64,000 nucleotides of DNA from Vicinamibacterales bacterium (lineage in GTDB: Bacteria > Acidobacteriota > Vicinamibacteria > Vicinamibacterales > UBA2999), in the NCBI GenBank assembly GCA_050185275.1, contig JBFWZN010000005.1, forward strand, positions 202,507 through 266,506, in the 5' to 3' direction. The translations under genes and the position numbers were made by a program. This document shows positions 53,634 through 63,663 of the stretch, one piece after another. How positions within the stretch are numbered: the first letter of the stretch is position 1; the number at the start of each line of letters is the position of its first letter. Under the pieces are notes generated by a model. It saw nothing but the letters and a program-made list of their open reading frames with translations, had not been told where the DNA came from and did no database searches.

Positions 53634-54226
53634 TGCATCAGCTCCCGGAGCGCACCGCGCAACGCGGGCTCGAACGCGCCCTCGCCGTCGGCGAGCGCCG
53701 CCTGCACCGCCCGCTCCGCCAGGTTGCGCGGGTAGCCGAGGTTCTGCAGCGCCGACATCAGGTCCGCGCGCAGGCGGTCGGCGGGCGACACCTCGGGCCG
53801 GCTGGCGGCTGCGGGCAGCGCCAGCTGCGACAGGCGATCCTTCAGCTCGAGGACGAGACGTTCGGCCGTCTTCTTGCCGATGCCGGGGATGAGCGTGAGC
53901 CGGGCCACGTCGGAGCGCTCGATGGCACCGACGAGTTCCGGCGCACCGATGCCCGAGAGCACGCCCACCGCCAGGCGCGGTCCGATGCCGCTCACCGCGA
54001 TCAGGCGCTCGAAGACCTGCTGTTCGAGCTGGGTGATGAAGCCGTACAGCAGGAGCGCATCCTCCCGCACGTGCGTGTGCACGCGCAGGGCGACGTCGGC
54101 GCCTTCGTCACCGATCTCGTAGAAAGTACTGAGCGGGACGTGGACCTCGTACCCGACACCGCTGACGTCCACCACGATGCGGTGCGGCTGCTTGTCGAGG
54201 ACGCGGCCCCGCAGGAAGGCGATCAT
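53630..54226 (-). CDS. ruvA: Holliday junction branch migration protein RuvA
   Basis: [42 protein letters not shown]. Confidence 0.96.
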
Positions 54227-54795
54227 GACGGCGGCCGGTACTGTCGCCAGGTCCGGGGCACCGCGCGGCGTCTGGCGGCCGGCGCCGCCACCGGCACAGC
54301 GACCGCGGTCTCGGTGGCAGGGACCGGCACCTGTGCGTGCAGGTGGCAGATCGCCACCGCCAGGGCGTCGGTGGCATCGAGCGACAGGGGATCGGCCGGC
54401 AGGCCGAGCAGCAGCCGGACCATGTGCTGCACCTGCTGTTTCTCGGCGCGACCGTACCCGACGACGGCGCGCTTGACCTCGGCCGGGGTGTACTCGACCA
54501 CGGGGCATCCGGCCTGCGCGGCAGCCAGCATCGCCACGCCCCTCGCGTGTCCCAGGCGGAGCGCGCTGCGGGCGTTGCGGGCGTGAAAGAGGTTCTCGAT
54601 GGCCACACACCCCGGCCGGCAGGCCTCGAGCTGCGCGGCCAGTTCACGATGGATGCGCACGAGCCGCGCCGGCAGGCCCTCGGCCGCGCGCGCGGTGATC
54701 GTCCCGCAGGTGACCATGCGATGGCGCCGTCCGTCGGTCTCCACGCAGCCGTAGCCGGTGCGCTCGGAGCCGGGGTCGATGCCGAAGATCCTCAC
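54223..54795 (-). CDS. ruvC: Crossover junction endodeoxyribonuclease RuvC
   Basis: GIDPG, IENLF, ARG, EYTP.EVK..V.GYG.A.K.Q, DATDALAVAICH. Confidence 0.96.
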   Translation of the reverse strand: MRIFGIDPGSERTGYGCVETDGRRHRMVTCGTITARAAEGLPARLVRIHRELAAQLEACRPGCVAIENLFHARNARSALRLGHARGVAMLAAAQAGCPVVEYTPAEVKRAVVGYGRAEKQQVQHMVRLLLGLPADPLSLDATDALAVAICHLHAQVPVPATETAVAVPVAAPAARRRAVPRTWRQYRPPS

Positions 54796-55541
54796 GCCAG
54801 GGAGGCCTCGATCTCCTTCTCTTCGATATCGAAGTTGGCCCAGACGCTCTGCACGTCGTCGTGATCCTCGATGGCTTCCATGAGCTTCAGCATCTGCTGG
54901 GCATCCTTGCCGGTGAGCTTCACGAGGTTCTGGGGAATCATGGCGACGGCCGCGCTGGCGGGCTCGACGTCGAGCGCCTTCACCGCATCGCGCACGACGT
55001 CGAGGCTCTCGGGAAGGCAGATGATCTCCCAGGCGCCGCCGTCGTCGTTCACGTCGTCGGCGCCCGCCTCGAGGGCGGCCGTCAGCAGGCGCTCCTCGTC
55101 CACGGTGCCCTTCTCCACGACCACCAGCCCCTTGCGGGAGAACATCCACGCCACGCTGTTCTCGGCGGCCAGGTTGCCGTTGTACTTGCCGAGCAGGAAG
55201 CGGATCTCCCCCACCGTACGGTTCCTGTTGTCCGTGAGGGTCTGGATCATCAGCGCCACCCCGCCAGGGCCATAGCCTTCGTACAGGATCTCGTCGTACG
55301 AAACGCCGGGCTCCTCGCCGGTGCCGCGCCGAATGGCCCGCTCGATGTTCTCGCGGGGCATGTTGTTGGCCTTGGCCTCGGCCACGATCGTGCGCAGGCG
55401 GGGGTTCATGTCGACGTCGCCGCCGCCGTTGCGCGCGGCCACGGTCAACTCCTTGATGATGCGCGTGAACACCTTGCCGCGCTTGGCGTCAGCCGCGCCC
55501 TTCTTGTGCTTGATGGTGTGCCACTTGGAATGGCCTGACAT
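54792..55541 (-). CDS. yebC: YebC/PmpR family protein
   Basis: MSGHSKW..IKHKK, YEGYGPGG, TDNRNRT, DDVQSVWAN. Confidence 0.96.
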   Translation of the reverse strand: MSGHSKWHTIKHKKGAADAKRGKVFTRIIKELTVAARNGGGDVDMNPRLRTIVAEAKANNMPRENIERAIRRGTGEEPGVSYDEILYEGYGPGGVALMIQTLTDNRNRTVGEIRFLLGKYNGNLAAENSVAWMFSRKGLVVVEKGTVDEERLLTAALEAGADDVNDDGGAWEIICLPESLDVVRDAVKALDVEPASAAVAMIPQNLVKLTGKDAQQMLKLMEAIEDHDDVQSVWANFDIEEKEIEASLA

Positions 55542-55586
55542 GCGGAATCTCCAGAAAATCCGACCAAAAACCGACCCGCGATGGTA

Positions 55587-56375
55587 TCACGCGCGCCGGC
55601 GGGGCTTGCGCGCAAGGACCATCCACACCTCGGCCCTGGGGTCCCAGGCTCCGCCCTGATAGTCCCCGAGCAGCGCCGTGATCTCGAAGCCGGCCTTTTC
55701 GAGGCGGCGCGCCATCTGGGGCACCGACAGGGTCCGGAACGTGAGCGAGAAGCGTCGCGTCGTGCTGCGGCGTCCCTGCCGTTCGGTGAAGGCCTGGTCG
55801 AAGATGGTGAAGCGCCGGGCCCGGTCCTGGCGGACGGTCTCGACGAGGGTGACCCGGCTGCCGCCCGGCCCCTTGCCGTCGAGACTCAGGCGCTGGCGGT
55901 ACTCGTCCCAGGACGGCAGGTCCGCGACCAGCTCCAGCCCGAACGCCCCGCCGGGTACCAGGGTGGCGAAGACGGCGTCCAGCGTGGCGGCAAGGTCCCG
56001 CTCCCGCAGCAGCGACTGCAGTACACCGTACGGCGCCATGACGGCGGCAAACGCCCGCCGTCGGAAGGGGAGCGTGCGGATGTCGCCCTGCACCAACGCC
56101 AGATGGCGCAGCAGCCGGGCGCGACGGGCGCGGACCCGGGCCCGCTCCAGCATGGGGCCCGAACGGTCGATCCCGGTCAGCTGCACGCCCGCCCGCGCCA
56201 GGGGCAGCGAGAGACGGCCCGTGCCACAGCCCAGTTCCAGGACGGGCCCCTCGGCGCGCTGTCCGAAGCCTCGCCAGAACGGGACGTCACGACGCCCGAG
56301 GGTCCGCGCGTTCTCCCAGTCGTAATAGGGGGCGTAGTCGTCCCAGCCCTCCCACCCTTCGGGCCGGCTTGTCAT
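55587..56375 (-). CDS. Class I SAM-dependent methyltransferase
   Basis: VLELGCGTGR, GIDRS..ML, QGDIR. Confidence 0.88.
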   Translation of the reverse strand: MTSRPEGWEGWDDYAPYYDWENARTLGRRDVPFWRGFGQRAEGPVLELGCGTGRLSLPLARAGVQLTGIDRSGPMLERARVRARRARLLRHLALVQGDIRTLPFRRRAFAAVMAPYGVLQSLLRERDLAATLDAVFATLVPGGAFGLELVADLPSWDEYRQRLSLDGKGPGGSRVTLVETVRQDRARRFTIFDQAFTERQGRRSTTRRFSLTFRTLSVPQMARRLEKAGFEITALLGDYQGGAWDPRAEVWMVLARKPRRRA

Positions 56376-57259
56376 GCGCCGTGCGTCTCGCCGTGCGTCT
56401 CCCCGTGCTTCTCCCCGTGCTTCTCCCCGACGGTCGCCACGAGCAGGGTGCTCTGGATCTCGACGAACGCGCGGCCCGCCATGCGGGCCGAGATCTCGTA
56501 GGCATCGAGCGACCGGAGATACTCGTGACCCAGTTCGCCAACGGCGCGCGAGGACGTTCGCGCCACGGCCTTGGCGACGCGCGCGCGCCGATCGTCCCAG
56601 GCCTCGGCCGGCGGAGGCCCGAGCTGGACCCTCGTGATGGGAAACAGTCGCACCAGCGTCACCGCGACGTCATGGCGGGTGAACACCGCCGGCAGGCGCG
56701 GACCGACCGCACGATCCTCGGCTTCTCCCCGCGACGCCCCCAGGGCGTCGAAAAAGCGGCGGGCGAGCGTGAAGGAGCGTGTACCGGCTGAGACCGACGA
56801 ATAGGCGTAGCGAGACGCGTTGTCCGGTTCCACGCACACGAGCCGGCCGCCGGGGGCGGTCACCCGGGCCATCTCGGCGACGACCAGGTCTTCATCGGCC
56901 ACGTGCTGGAGCACGCCCACGGTGAAGCTGGCGCTGAACCGCCCGTCCGCAAAGGGCAGCTTCGACGCCTCGGCGGCCGCAAGGCACGGGACGAGGTCGT
57001 GGCCGAGCAAGGCGTCGCGCGCCTCGTGCACGCGCGCGGGCACCAGGTCGATGCCCACCATGCGCACCTGCGCCAGACCGCGACCGAGGGCGGTCTCGGC
57101 AAGACCCGGACCGCAGCCGACGTCGAGCACCACGTCGCCGGGCCTGGGCCGCAGCGTGTCGCGCAGGAAGGACGTGAACTCCTCGTCCCACCATTGCTGT
57201 CGCAGGTACTTCAGCGTCGGGAACTGCAGGGCATCGATGGATGGGTCGGTGATCGGCAC
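56372..57259 (-). CDS. Class I SAM-dependent methyltransferase with C-terminal GE(K/T)H repeats
   Basis: VLDVGCGPG, LPFADG.F, EMARV..PGG; ends GEKHGEKHGETHGETHGA. Confidence 0.85.
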   Translation of the reverse strand: MPITDPSIDALQFPTLKYLRQQWWDEEFTSFLRDTLRPRPGDVVLDVGCGPGLAETALGRGLAQVRMVGIDLVPARVHEARDALLGHDLVPCLAAAEASKLPFADGRFSASFTVGVLQHVADEDLVVAEMARVTAPGGRLVCVEPDNASRYAYSSVSAGTRSFTLARRFFDALGASRGEAEDRAVGPRLPAVFTRHDVAVTLVRLFPITRVQLGPPPAEAWDDRRARVAKAVARTSSRAVGELGHEYLRSLDAYEISARMAGRAFVEIQSTLLVATVGEKHGEKHGETHGETHGA

Positions 57260-57283
57260 GGCAGCAGCCCCTCCGGGCGGAAC

Positions 57284-58015
57284 TCAGTCGGACACCGCCC
57301 ACTCACCGGGCAGGATACGACGCGTGCGCGGGAGCAGGCCGTAGCGCGACATCACACCCACGGCCACCAGCACGCCCGCGAAGACGAGGAGCTTCGCCAG
57401 GTCCGCCGGCCGCCCCGTCGGCAGCAGCTTCCAGAGGAGGCCCAGAATCGGCTGGGCGATGGCAACGGCCCAGACCGACCCGTAGAAGTAGCGCCGCTCG
57501 TGTCCCTCGCCCTTCGTCGAGCGCTTCACGCGCGGCAGCAAGCCGAACGCGCCGAGCGCCCACAGGAAGCCGGCGATGGGAAAATACGCCACGTCGTACA
57601 TCTGGCGGAGTCGCCATTCCCCTGACACGACGGCCCAGGTCAGGCCAGCCAGGTTGAGAACGGCGAACGCCACGACCTCGCCCCACGCGGTGGTGTAGCA
57701 CACCCGTCGGTAGAGCGGATTCGGCCGATCTTCCGTGAAGCGGATGATGTAGGGGCTGGCCTCGCATCCGGGCAGGCGACCGCGCAGGCCCGCGATCCCC
57801 GTGGCCACGAGCACGACACCGAGCCACGCCAGCATGCGCGTGTCGAACCCCCGATCGAACAGGTCGAACGTCAGCGGACCAGGAGCAATGAAGAACACCC
57901 AGATCCACAAGGGCCAGTGCAGGACCCTGTAGTACGTCTTGTTCCGGTGGCGAATCGTGCGGTGAGTATCGAACTCGATCCGAACCGCGTCGGTGTCGAA
58001 CGTGGCGCCGGGCAT
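57284..58015 (-). CDS. Hypothetical multi-pass membrane protein
   Basis: About six hydrophobic segments; fills the gap between the ABC genes and the methyltransferases on the same strand. Confidence 0.7.
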   Translation of the reverse strand: MPGATFDTDAVRIEFDTHRTIRHRNKTYYRVLHWPLWIWVFFIAPGPLTFDLFDRGFDTRMLAWLGVVLVATGIAGLRGRLPGCEASPYIIRFTEDRPNPLYRRVCYTTAWGEVVAFAVLNLAGLTWAVVSGEWRLRQMYDVAYFPIAGFLWALGAFGLLPRVKRSTKGEGHERRYFYGSVWAVAIAQPILGLLWKLLPTGRPADLAKLLVFAGVLVAVGVMSRYGLLPRTRRILPGEWAVSD

Positions 58016-58040
58016 CAGGAGTTCGTAGGATACCGCATCC

Positions 58041-58715
58041 TCAGGCCACCTCGGTGAGGCGTCCCCCCTCGAGCACCGCGCGCCGGCTCGCCACCGTGCG
58101 CGCGAACTCCGTGTCGTGCGTGGCCATCACGATCGCCCGCCCCTCGCCCGCCAGCGCCCGGAGCATGGCGCCGAACTCGCCCCGGCGGGCCGGGTCGAGC
58201 GAGGCGGTGGGTTCGTCCAGGAGCAGGAGTACGGGCCGCATGGCCAGCGCGCGGGCGATGGCCACCCGCTGGGCCTCGCCGCCGGAGAGCGCCTTCGGCC
58301 GCGACGACGCCAGGTGGCCCACGCCGAGCCCGTCGAGCAGCGTCATCGCGCGCTCGACGGCAGAGGCCCGCGGCTCGCGGGCCACGTGGACCGGCGCGAG
58401 CACGACGTTGTCGAGCACGGAGAGGTGCGCGAACAGGTGGTGGAACTGGAACACGAGGCCCACATGGCCGTGAAGCGCGGCGCGGGCACGCCCGCCCGGA
58501 AGTGGACCCGGAGACAGGGTCACCTCACCGACGAGGACCCGACCGGCGAACAGCGGTTCCAGCCCCGCCACCGCGCGCAGCAGCGACGTCTTGCCCGACC
58601 CGGACGGTCCGCCAACGGCCACGATCTCGCCGGCGGCGACGCGCAGGCTCGCGTCCTGCACCACGACGCGGCCGCCGCGGACCACCGATACACCCGCCAG
58701 ATCCAGGACGCTCAT
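58041..58715 (-). CDS. Polar amino acid ABC transporter ATP-binding protein
   Basis: GPSGSGKT, VFQFHHLF, LSGGEAQR, LDEPTASLDP. Confidence 0.9.
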   Translation of the reverse strand: MSVLDLAGVSVVRGGRVVVQDASLRVAAGEIVAVGGPSGSGKTSLLRAVAGLEPLFAGRVLVGEVTLSPGPLPGGRARAALHGHVGLVFQFHHLFAHLSVLDNVVLAPVHVAREPRASAVERAMTLLDGLGVGHLASSRPKALSGGEAQRVAIARALAMRPVLLLLDEPTASLDPARRGEFGAMLRALAGEGRAIVMATHDTEFARTVASRRAVLEGGRLTEVA

Positions 58716-60307
58716 GGCGCCTGCCAGCGGCGTTCGAGCCGGCGGGCGAGCCTTGCGAGTGGCAGCGACAGCGCCAGGTAGAGCCCGGCGCACAGCAGCC
58801 CGGGCAGGAGCCAGCTGCCGGAGTTGGCGGCGAAGATCGAGGTCTGCTTCGTGAGCTCCACGACCGTGATTACGGACACGAGCGAGCTGTCCTTCAGCAG
58901 GGCCACGAAGTCGTTCGTCATCGGGGCCAGCGCGAGGCGCAGGGCCTGGGGGGCGCGTATGAGCCTGAGCACCTGTGTCTCGGTGAGCCCGAGGGCTCGC
59001 GCCGCCTCGAGCTCGCCAGCCGGCACGGCCTCGAGCGCCGAGCGGTAGATCTCGCTCTCGTACGCGCCGTAGTTGAGCCCGAGCCCAATCACGGCGGCCA
59101 GGAAGGCGGGAAGCTGCACGAACGGCGCGAGACCGAAGTACAGGACGAAGAGCTGCAGCAGGAGCGGCGTACCGCGCGTGATCTCCACCCACGTCGTCAG
59201 CGCGGCCCGCAGCGGGCCAGCGCCGTACACCCGCCCGCTGGCCACCACCACGCCGGCCACAACGGCAAGCCCCATGGCGAGGCACGACAGCAGCAGGGTC
59301 TGCCCTGCCGCGCGGACGAGCGCCGGCAGGTAGACGAGGCCCGACGTCACGGCAGGCGTGGTGAGCTCAATCGGTGACGATCCGGCGGAGCCGGCACCCC
59401 GTAGGTCAGCGCCGCTCGGGGCAGAGCTGTTCGGGGCAGAGCTGTTCGGGCCGGCACCGCGCCGGCCCGCCTCACTCCCGGCCGTCGCGAGCACGCGGGC
59501 ATGAAGCGGCGGCTGGTCGTCGTTCCACATGCCCCACCGCCTGAAGATGGCTTCGAGCCGCCCGTCCCGCATCGCAGCGCGCAGCAGGTCGTCCACGCGG
59601 TCCCGCAGCGCGGTCTCGTCGGGATGCAGCAGGCCGACGTAGTAACCGGTGCCGACCGTGGAAGGCTGGTTCACCAGCCCGGGGTGCCGCCTGAGCCCGC
59701 GCTCGGCCAGCACCTCGTCGAGCAGGACCGCGTCCACGCGGCCGAGCAGCAGGTCGGTGTACGGATGTACGTCGTCGTCGTAGATCACGGGCACCACGCC
59801 CGCCGTGGCCGCGGCGCGTGCGAGCAGATCGGCGGCCAGCGTCGCGCCGAGTGTGGCCACGCGACGGCCGCCGAGGTCCTCGAGTGTCCGATACCGGGCC
59901 AGGTCGCCGTCGCGAACGGTGAGGATCTCGCGGAACGCGTAGTAGGGGACGGTGACGGCCAGGCGGCTCCGGCGCGCCGGCGTGTCCTCGATGCCACTCA
60001 GGGCGATGTCGAAGTCTCCGCGCGCCGTGGCGGCGTCGAGCGTGACGAAGCCGGCCTGCACGAAGCGCGGGGTACGCCCGAGGCCGGCCGCCAGCAGGGC
60101 GGCGAGGTCCACGTCGAAGCCGACAACGGTGGCGGGATCCCGGGGATCGGCTTCGACAAACGGCGCCCCGCCCTCGGCGTCACCGCCCCAGCGCAGCGCA
60201 GGGGCCTGACCAGTCGCGGCGCCCTGGCCGGCCAGGGTGGCCGACATCAGCACGGCCGCCACCGACACACCAAGCGCACAGCAGCGGGTGCCCGGGTCAG
60301 CGCGCAT
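58712..60307 (-). CDS. Fused polar amino acid ABC substrate-binding protein and permease; start approximate
   Basis: WGGDAEGGAPF, GFDVDLA, RGTPLLLQL, GAYESEIYR, LLKDSSL. Confidence 0.88.
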   Translation of the reverse strand: MRADPGTRCCALGVSVAAVLMSATLAGQGAATGQAPALRWGGDAEGGAPFVEADPRDPATVVGFDVDLAALLAAGLGRTPRFVQAGFVTLDAATARGDFDIALSGIEDTPARRSRLAVTVPYYAFREILTVRDGDLARYRTLEDLGGRRVATLGATLAADLLARAAATAGVVPVIYDDDVHPYTDLLLGRVDAVLLDEVLAERGLRRHPGLVNQPSTVGTGYYVGLLHPDETALRDRVDDLLRAAMRDGRLEAIFRRWGMWNDDQPPLHARVLATAGSEAGRRGAGPNSSAPNSSAPSGADLRGAGSAGSSPIELTTPAVTSGLVYLPALVRAAGQTLLLSCLAMGLAVVAGVVVASGRVYGAGPLRAALTTWVEITRGTPLLLQLFVLYFGLAPFVQLPAFLAAVIGLGLNYGAYESEIYRSALEAVPAGELEAARALGLTETQVLRLIRAPQALRLALAPMTNDFVALLKDSSLVSVITVVELTKQTSIFAANSGSWLLPGLLCAGLYLALSLPLARLARRLERRWQAP

Positions 60308-60492
60308 CGCGATCGGGTCGGGACATGGCGGGGCGATTGGAAGCCAGGAACCAGTGCCAGGAGCGGGTGCTGAGGGCGGGTATTGTGCCACGGTCCTCGG
60401 AACATGAGGGGCGCCACCGCCCGGCTGGTCGCCTGACGGGATAAGGCCTGCGGTCGAGCCACAGAGAGGGCGCCGTGCGCTACCCTCACGGG

Positions 60493-62178
60493 ATGCGTCG
60501 GATCCTGCTGCTGATACTCGTCGGCGTGCTCGTCCTGGCCGCACTCGCCGCCGCGGCCGCCTACCGGTTCCTCGGCAGCGACAGCCTGCGACAGGCGCTC
60601 GCGCAGCAGGCCACCCGCTACCTGGGGCAACCGGTGCAGATCGGCGCGGCGCAGGCGAGCCTGCTGCCCCGTCCCGCCGTACACCTCACCGACGTGCGGA
60701 TCGGCGACCCCGTGCGTATCGAGCTTGCCGCCGTGGACGTCTCCACCGGGCTGCGGGGCCTGCTCGGCGGACGCATCGTGGACGCGGAACTCCGCGTCCT
60801 CGACAGCACGATCAGCCTGCCGCTCGACCTCTCGCTGGGAACCGCACCCGGCGGCCCCGACGACCGCAGCGGTCCGGGCGGCCCGGTCGCGGATCCGGGT
60901 TCCGTACCGGGCGCCGAGCCCGATGCAGGAAACGTCGGGCCCAACGCCGGGCCCGACGGCATCTCTCCGGCCGTGGAATCCGTCCGGGCGTTGAGCCTGC
61001 GCAACGTGCGCGTCACGAGCCGCGGCCGGTCGGTCGAGTTCGACCTCGACTCGTCCCTCGCCGACGACGTCGCGACGATTGATCGCCTGTCGGTGACGGC
61101 CGATCGCACGTCGCTCGTGGCGACGGGGACAGTGTCGCTCGCCGACGCACGTCGGGCAGACCTCGACGTCGAGGCCGACACCCTCGACCTCGACGACCTG
61201 GCGGCACTGGCGGCCGCATTCGCACCGGAAGCCGACGGGGGGGCGGTCGGGAGTGCCGACGGCGCTCGCGGCGCCAGCCGCACGCGGTCCGCTTCGGGCG
61301 ATTCCGGCGGCGCCCCGGCAACCCCGGGCACGGCCAGTGCCGCGGACGGGATCGTCATCGACGCCCGGGTACACGCGACCTCGGCCACCGCCGGGGGCGT
61401 GCCCGTGGAAGACCTGAACACGACGCTCACGGCCACCGCGGGCGAGGTGTCGGCATCACCGCTGTCGTTCGACGTGTTCGGCGGACGATTCGAGGGGGAG
61501 TTCGATCTGCGCCTGGGCGATGACCTGGGGCTCCAGCTCGAGGCGAACCTCACCGGTCTCGACGTGGCGCAGCTGGCCGCCTTCGGCGATGCGGACGGGA
61601 CGGTCACCGGACGTCTCGACGCCACGGGTACATTCGAGGGGCGCGGCCGGGACTTCGAGGGGGTGCTCACGTCCGCCACGGGAGACGCCACCGTGGCCAT
61701 CGTGGACGGCACGATTCGCCGCCTGAATCTCATCCGGACCATCGTGCTCTTCTTCGGCCGGCCCGAGGCCGACGCGCCGGCGGGAACCGAGGCCTTCCAG
61801 CGGATCGACGCCCGTATCCGCGTGGCCGACGGCGTCGCTACGGCCGACGCGCTCACGATGACGTCGCCCGACGTCGATCTCGAAGCGGAAGGCACGCTGG
61901 ACCTGGGGACGAAGGCGCTCGCCGGCCGGGCCCGGCTCCTGCTCTCCCAATCCCTGTCTGCCCAGGCGGGCACCGATCTTCGCCGGTACACACTGGAGGG
62001 CGACCGCATCGTCCTGCCGGCCACGATCGGCGGCACGCTTGGCGACCCCAGTGTCGGCATCGACGCACGGGCCGCCGTGGGCCGCGCGCTCACCAACGAA
62101 CTGCGACGGCGGCTCGGTGGCGTGCTGGAGCGCCTCCGTCAGCCGCAATCGGCTCCGGAGCCACCACCGACGCCGTGA
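60493..62178 (+). CDS. AsmA-like protein
   Basis: N-terminal TM; beta-rich body; AsmA-like C-terminus (G.G..DL; LP..I.GT...P). Confidence 0.72.
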   Translation: MRRILLLILVGVLVLAALAAAAAYRFLGSDSLRQALAQQATRYLGQPVQIGAAQASLLPRPAVHLTDVRIGDPVRIELAAVDVSTGLRGLLGGRIVDAELRVLDSTISLPLDLSLGTAPGGPDDRSGPGGPVADPGSVPGAEPDAGNVGPNAGPDGISPAVESVRALSLRNVRVTSRGRSVEFDLDSSLADDVATIDRLSVTADRTSLVATGTVSLADARRADLDVEADTLDLDDLAALAAAFAPEADGGAVGSADGARGASRTRSASGDSGGAPATPGTASAADGIVIDARVHATSATAGGVPVEDLNTTLTATAGEVSASPLSFDVFGGRFEGEFDLRLGDDLGLQLEANLTGLDVAQLAAFGDADGTVTGRLDATGTFEGRGRDFEGVLTSATGDATVAIVDGTIRRLNLIRTIVLFFGRPEADAPAGTEAFQRIDARIRVADGVATADALTMTSPDVDLEAEGTLDLGTKALAGRARLLLSQSLSAQAGTDLRRYTLEGDRIVLPATIGGTLGDPSVGIDARAAVGRALTNELRRRLGGVLERLRQPQSAPEPPPTP

Positions 62179-62265
62179 ACGCAGCACTGTGACATCTCGT
62201 GCAGCTCCCCCGGCGTGGCCCGGTTGAGGTCGAAGATCCCGCCGCACAGGAGTATCCTTGGCGGC

Positions 62266-63597
62266 ATGCGTCGTACGACCCCGATGAACCTTGTCGGCGT
62301 ACTCGTGTTCGCGCTGCTGGCCGCGGCCGCTGGCGTGCTCAACGGCGCGCCCGGACCCACTGACGCTCCCGCCCAGGGCAGCACGCTGCAAGCCGTCGCC
62401 CCGCGCGCCGCCGGCCCCGAGGGCCCGCACGAATACTTCGAGCGGCTGGTGGCCAGGCGCGACTTCTGGAAGGGGTTGTCGTTCCGTCCGAGACCCGGCC
62501 ACGACCGCGACTCGGTCTACTACACGAACCAGCTGGCCAAGCCCGAGGACGGCGGCTACGCCGTCAGCAACCGGGAACCGCTCTGGGTCACCTACGCGCC
62601 AGAAGCCGATCGCGACCCGCAGAAGCAGGACGCGGCCCGCGCCGTCATTCCAGCAAGCCGGGCGCTGACCACGCTCGCCGCACCACTCGACGCCGGCGAC
62701 ACCATCGTCGAGCTGACGGCAGCGCCGCCCTCGCCCTTGAGCAACCGCCAGGACCTGAAGATCGGCGATGAGTGGCTCACCGTGGTGCGCGACCGGAACC
62801 CACCGTACGACGAGCGGGGCAAGCTCGTTGGGAACCGCGTGCGCGTCGAGCGCGGCACCCGTGGCACGACGGCGACCCGGCACGAGGCCGGGGCCTCGGT
62901 GCGCGTGGCCAACAACAACCTCCTCAATCAGGTGAGGTTCCCGCTGGGCACGTCGGACGGGCACACCTACCTCTTCACGTGGGATGCCTACTTCACGGAC
63001 TCGTGGGTCGATAGCGGCATCGACAACTACAAGGCCTTTCAGTTCTCGTCCGCCAAACAGGGCGGTGCGCGCGGCGATGCCATCTGGCTCGAGCCGCAGC
63101 TGAACCTGAACGGCGGCGGGGCGTCGAACCGTGCCTCGTGTTTCGGAGGCGCAGCCCTCGCATCGTCACGGATCCGGATGTACAACCGTCCCGGCGGCGA
63201 CGCCGCCTGGGCGGAGACCGACGGCAACCGCCTCGGTCCCGGGCTCACCGGTCAGCCTCTCGGCCCGCACGCCGCAGATGCCTGCGTGTCGCCGGGGCGC
63301 TGGGTGCGGTACTGGGTGTGGATCCGTCAGGACGCCAACGACTACGACCTGCTGCACTACTGGATCGCCGATGAACGTCAGGATCCCGTGCAGGTGTACG
63401 ACGGCATGCGGGTCTCGGTCCGCACGGTGGGTCCGACCCCGAACTCCATCCTTCGCTGGTGGGTCGAGCTGAATACGTCCAATACGGGCCTGGCCCGCGG
63501 TGACGAACGCGACTTCGTCACCTACATCAGAAATTTCGCCGCCCTGGTCGACCCGCCCGCCGACTGGTCGGCGCTGCGCGTCAAGCCCGTACGCTGA
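62266..63597 (+). CDS. Hypothetical exported protein
   Basis: Signal peptide; Trp/Tyr-rich beta-sandwich-like C-terminal half. Confidence 0.75.
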   Translation: MRRTTPMNLVGVLVFALLAAAAGVLNGAPGPTDAPAQGSTLQAVAPRAAGPEGPHEYFERLVARRDFWKGLSFRPRPGHDRDSVYYTNQLAKPEDGGYAVSNREPLWVTYAPEADRDPQKQDAARAVIPASRALTTLAAPLDAGDTIVELTAAPPSPLSNRQDLKIGDEWLTVVRDRNPPYDERGKLVGNRVRVERGTRGTTATRHEAGASVRVANNNLLNQVRFPLGTSDGHTYLFTWDAYFTDSWVDSGIDNYKAFQFSSAKQGGARGDAIWLEPQLNLNGGGASNRASCFGGAALASSRIRMYNRPGGDAAWAETDGNRLGPGLTGQPLGPHAADACVSPGRWVRYWVWIRQDANDYDLLHYWIADERQDPVQVYDGMRVSVRTVGPTPNSILRWWVELNTSNTGLARGDERDFVTYIRNFAALVDPPADWSALRVKPVR

Positions 63598-63605
63598 AGC
63601 GCCTC

Positions 63606-63630
63606 GAACATTCCAGGAACGCGGTCGTAT
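63606..63630 (+). promoter_or_regulatory. Putative ECF sigma promoter
   Basis: GAAC-16 nt-CGTA upstream of the pspC-like gene. Confidence 0.35.
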
Positions 63631-63663
63631 GTAGTGACCGACGTCTTCCCCAGGAGGTTCCGG

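Noticed and set aside
59416-59450. 15-bp tandem repeat within the ABC fusion gene
   Set aside because: In-frame PNSSA linker duplication between domains, most likely neutral
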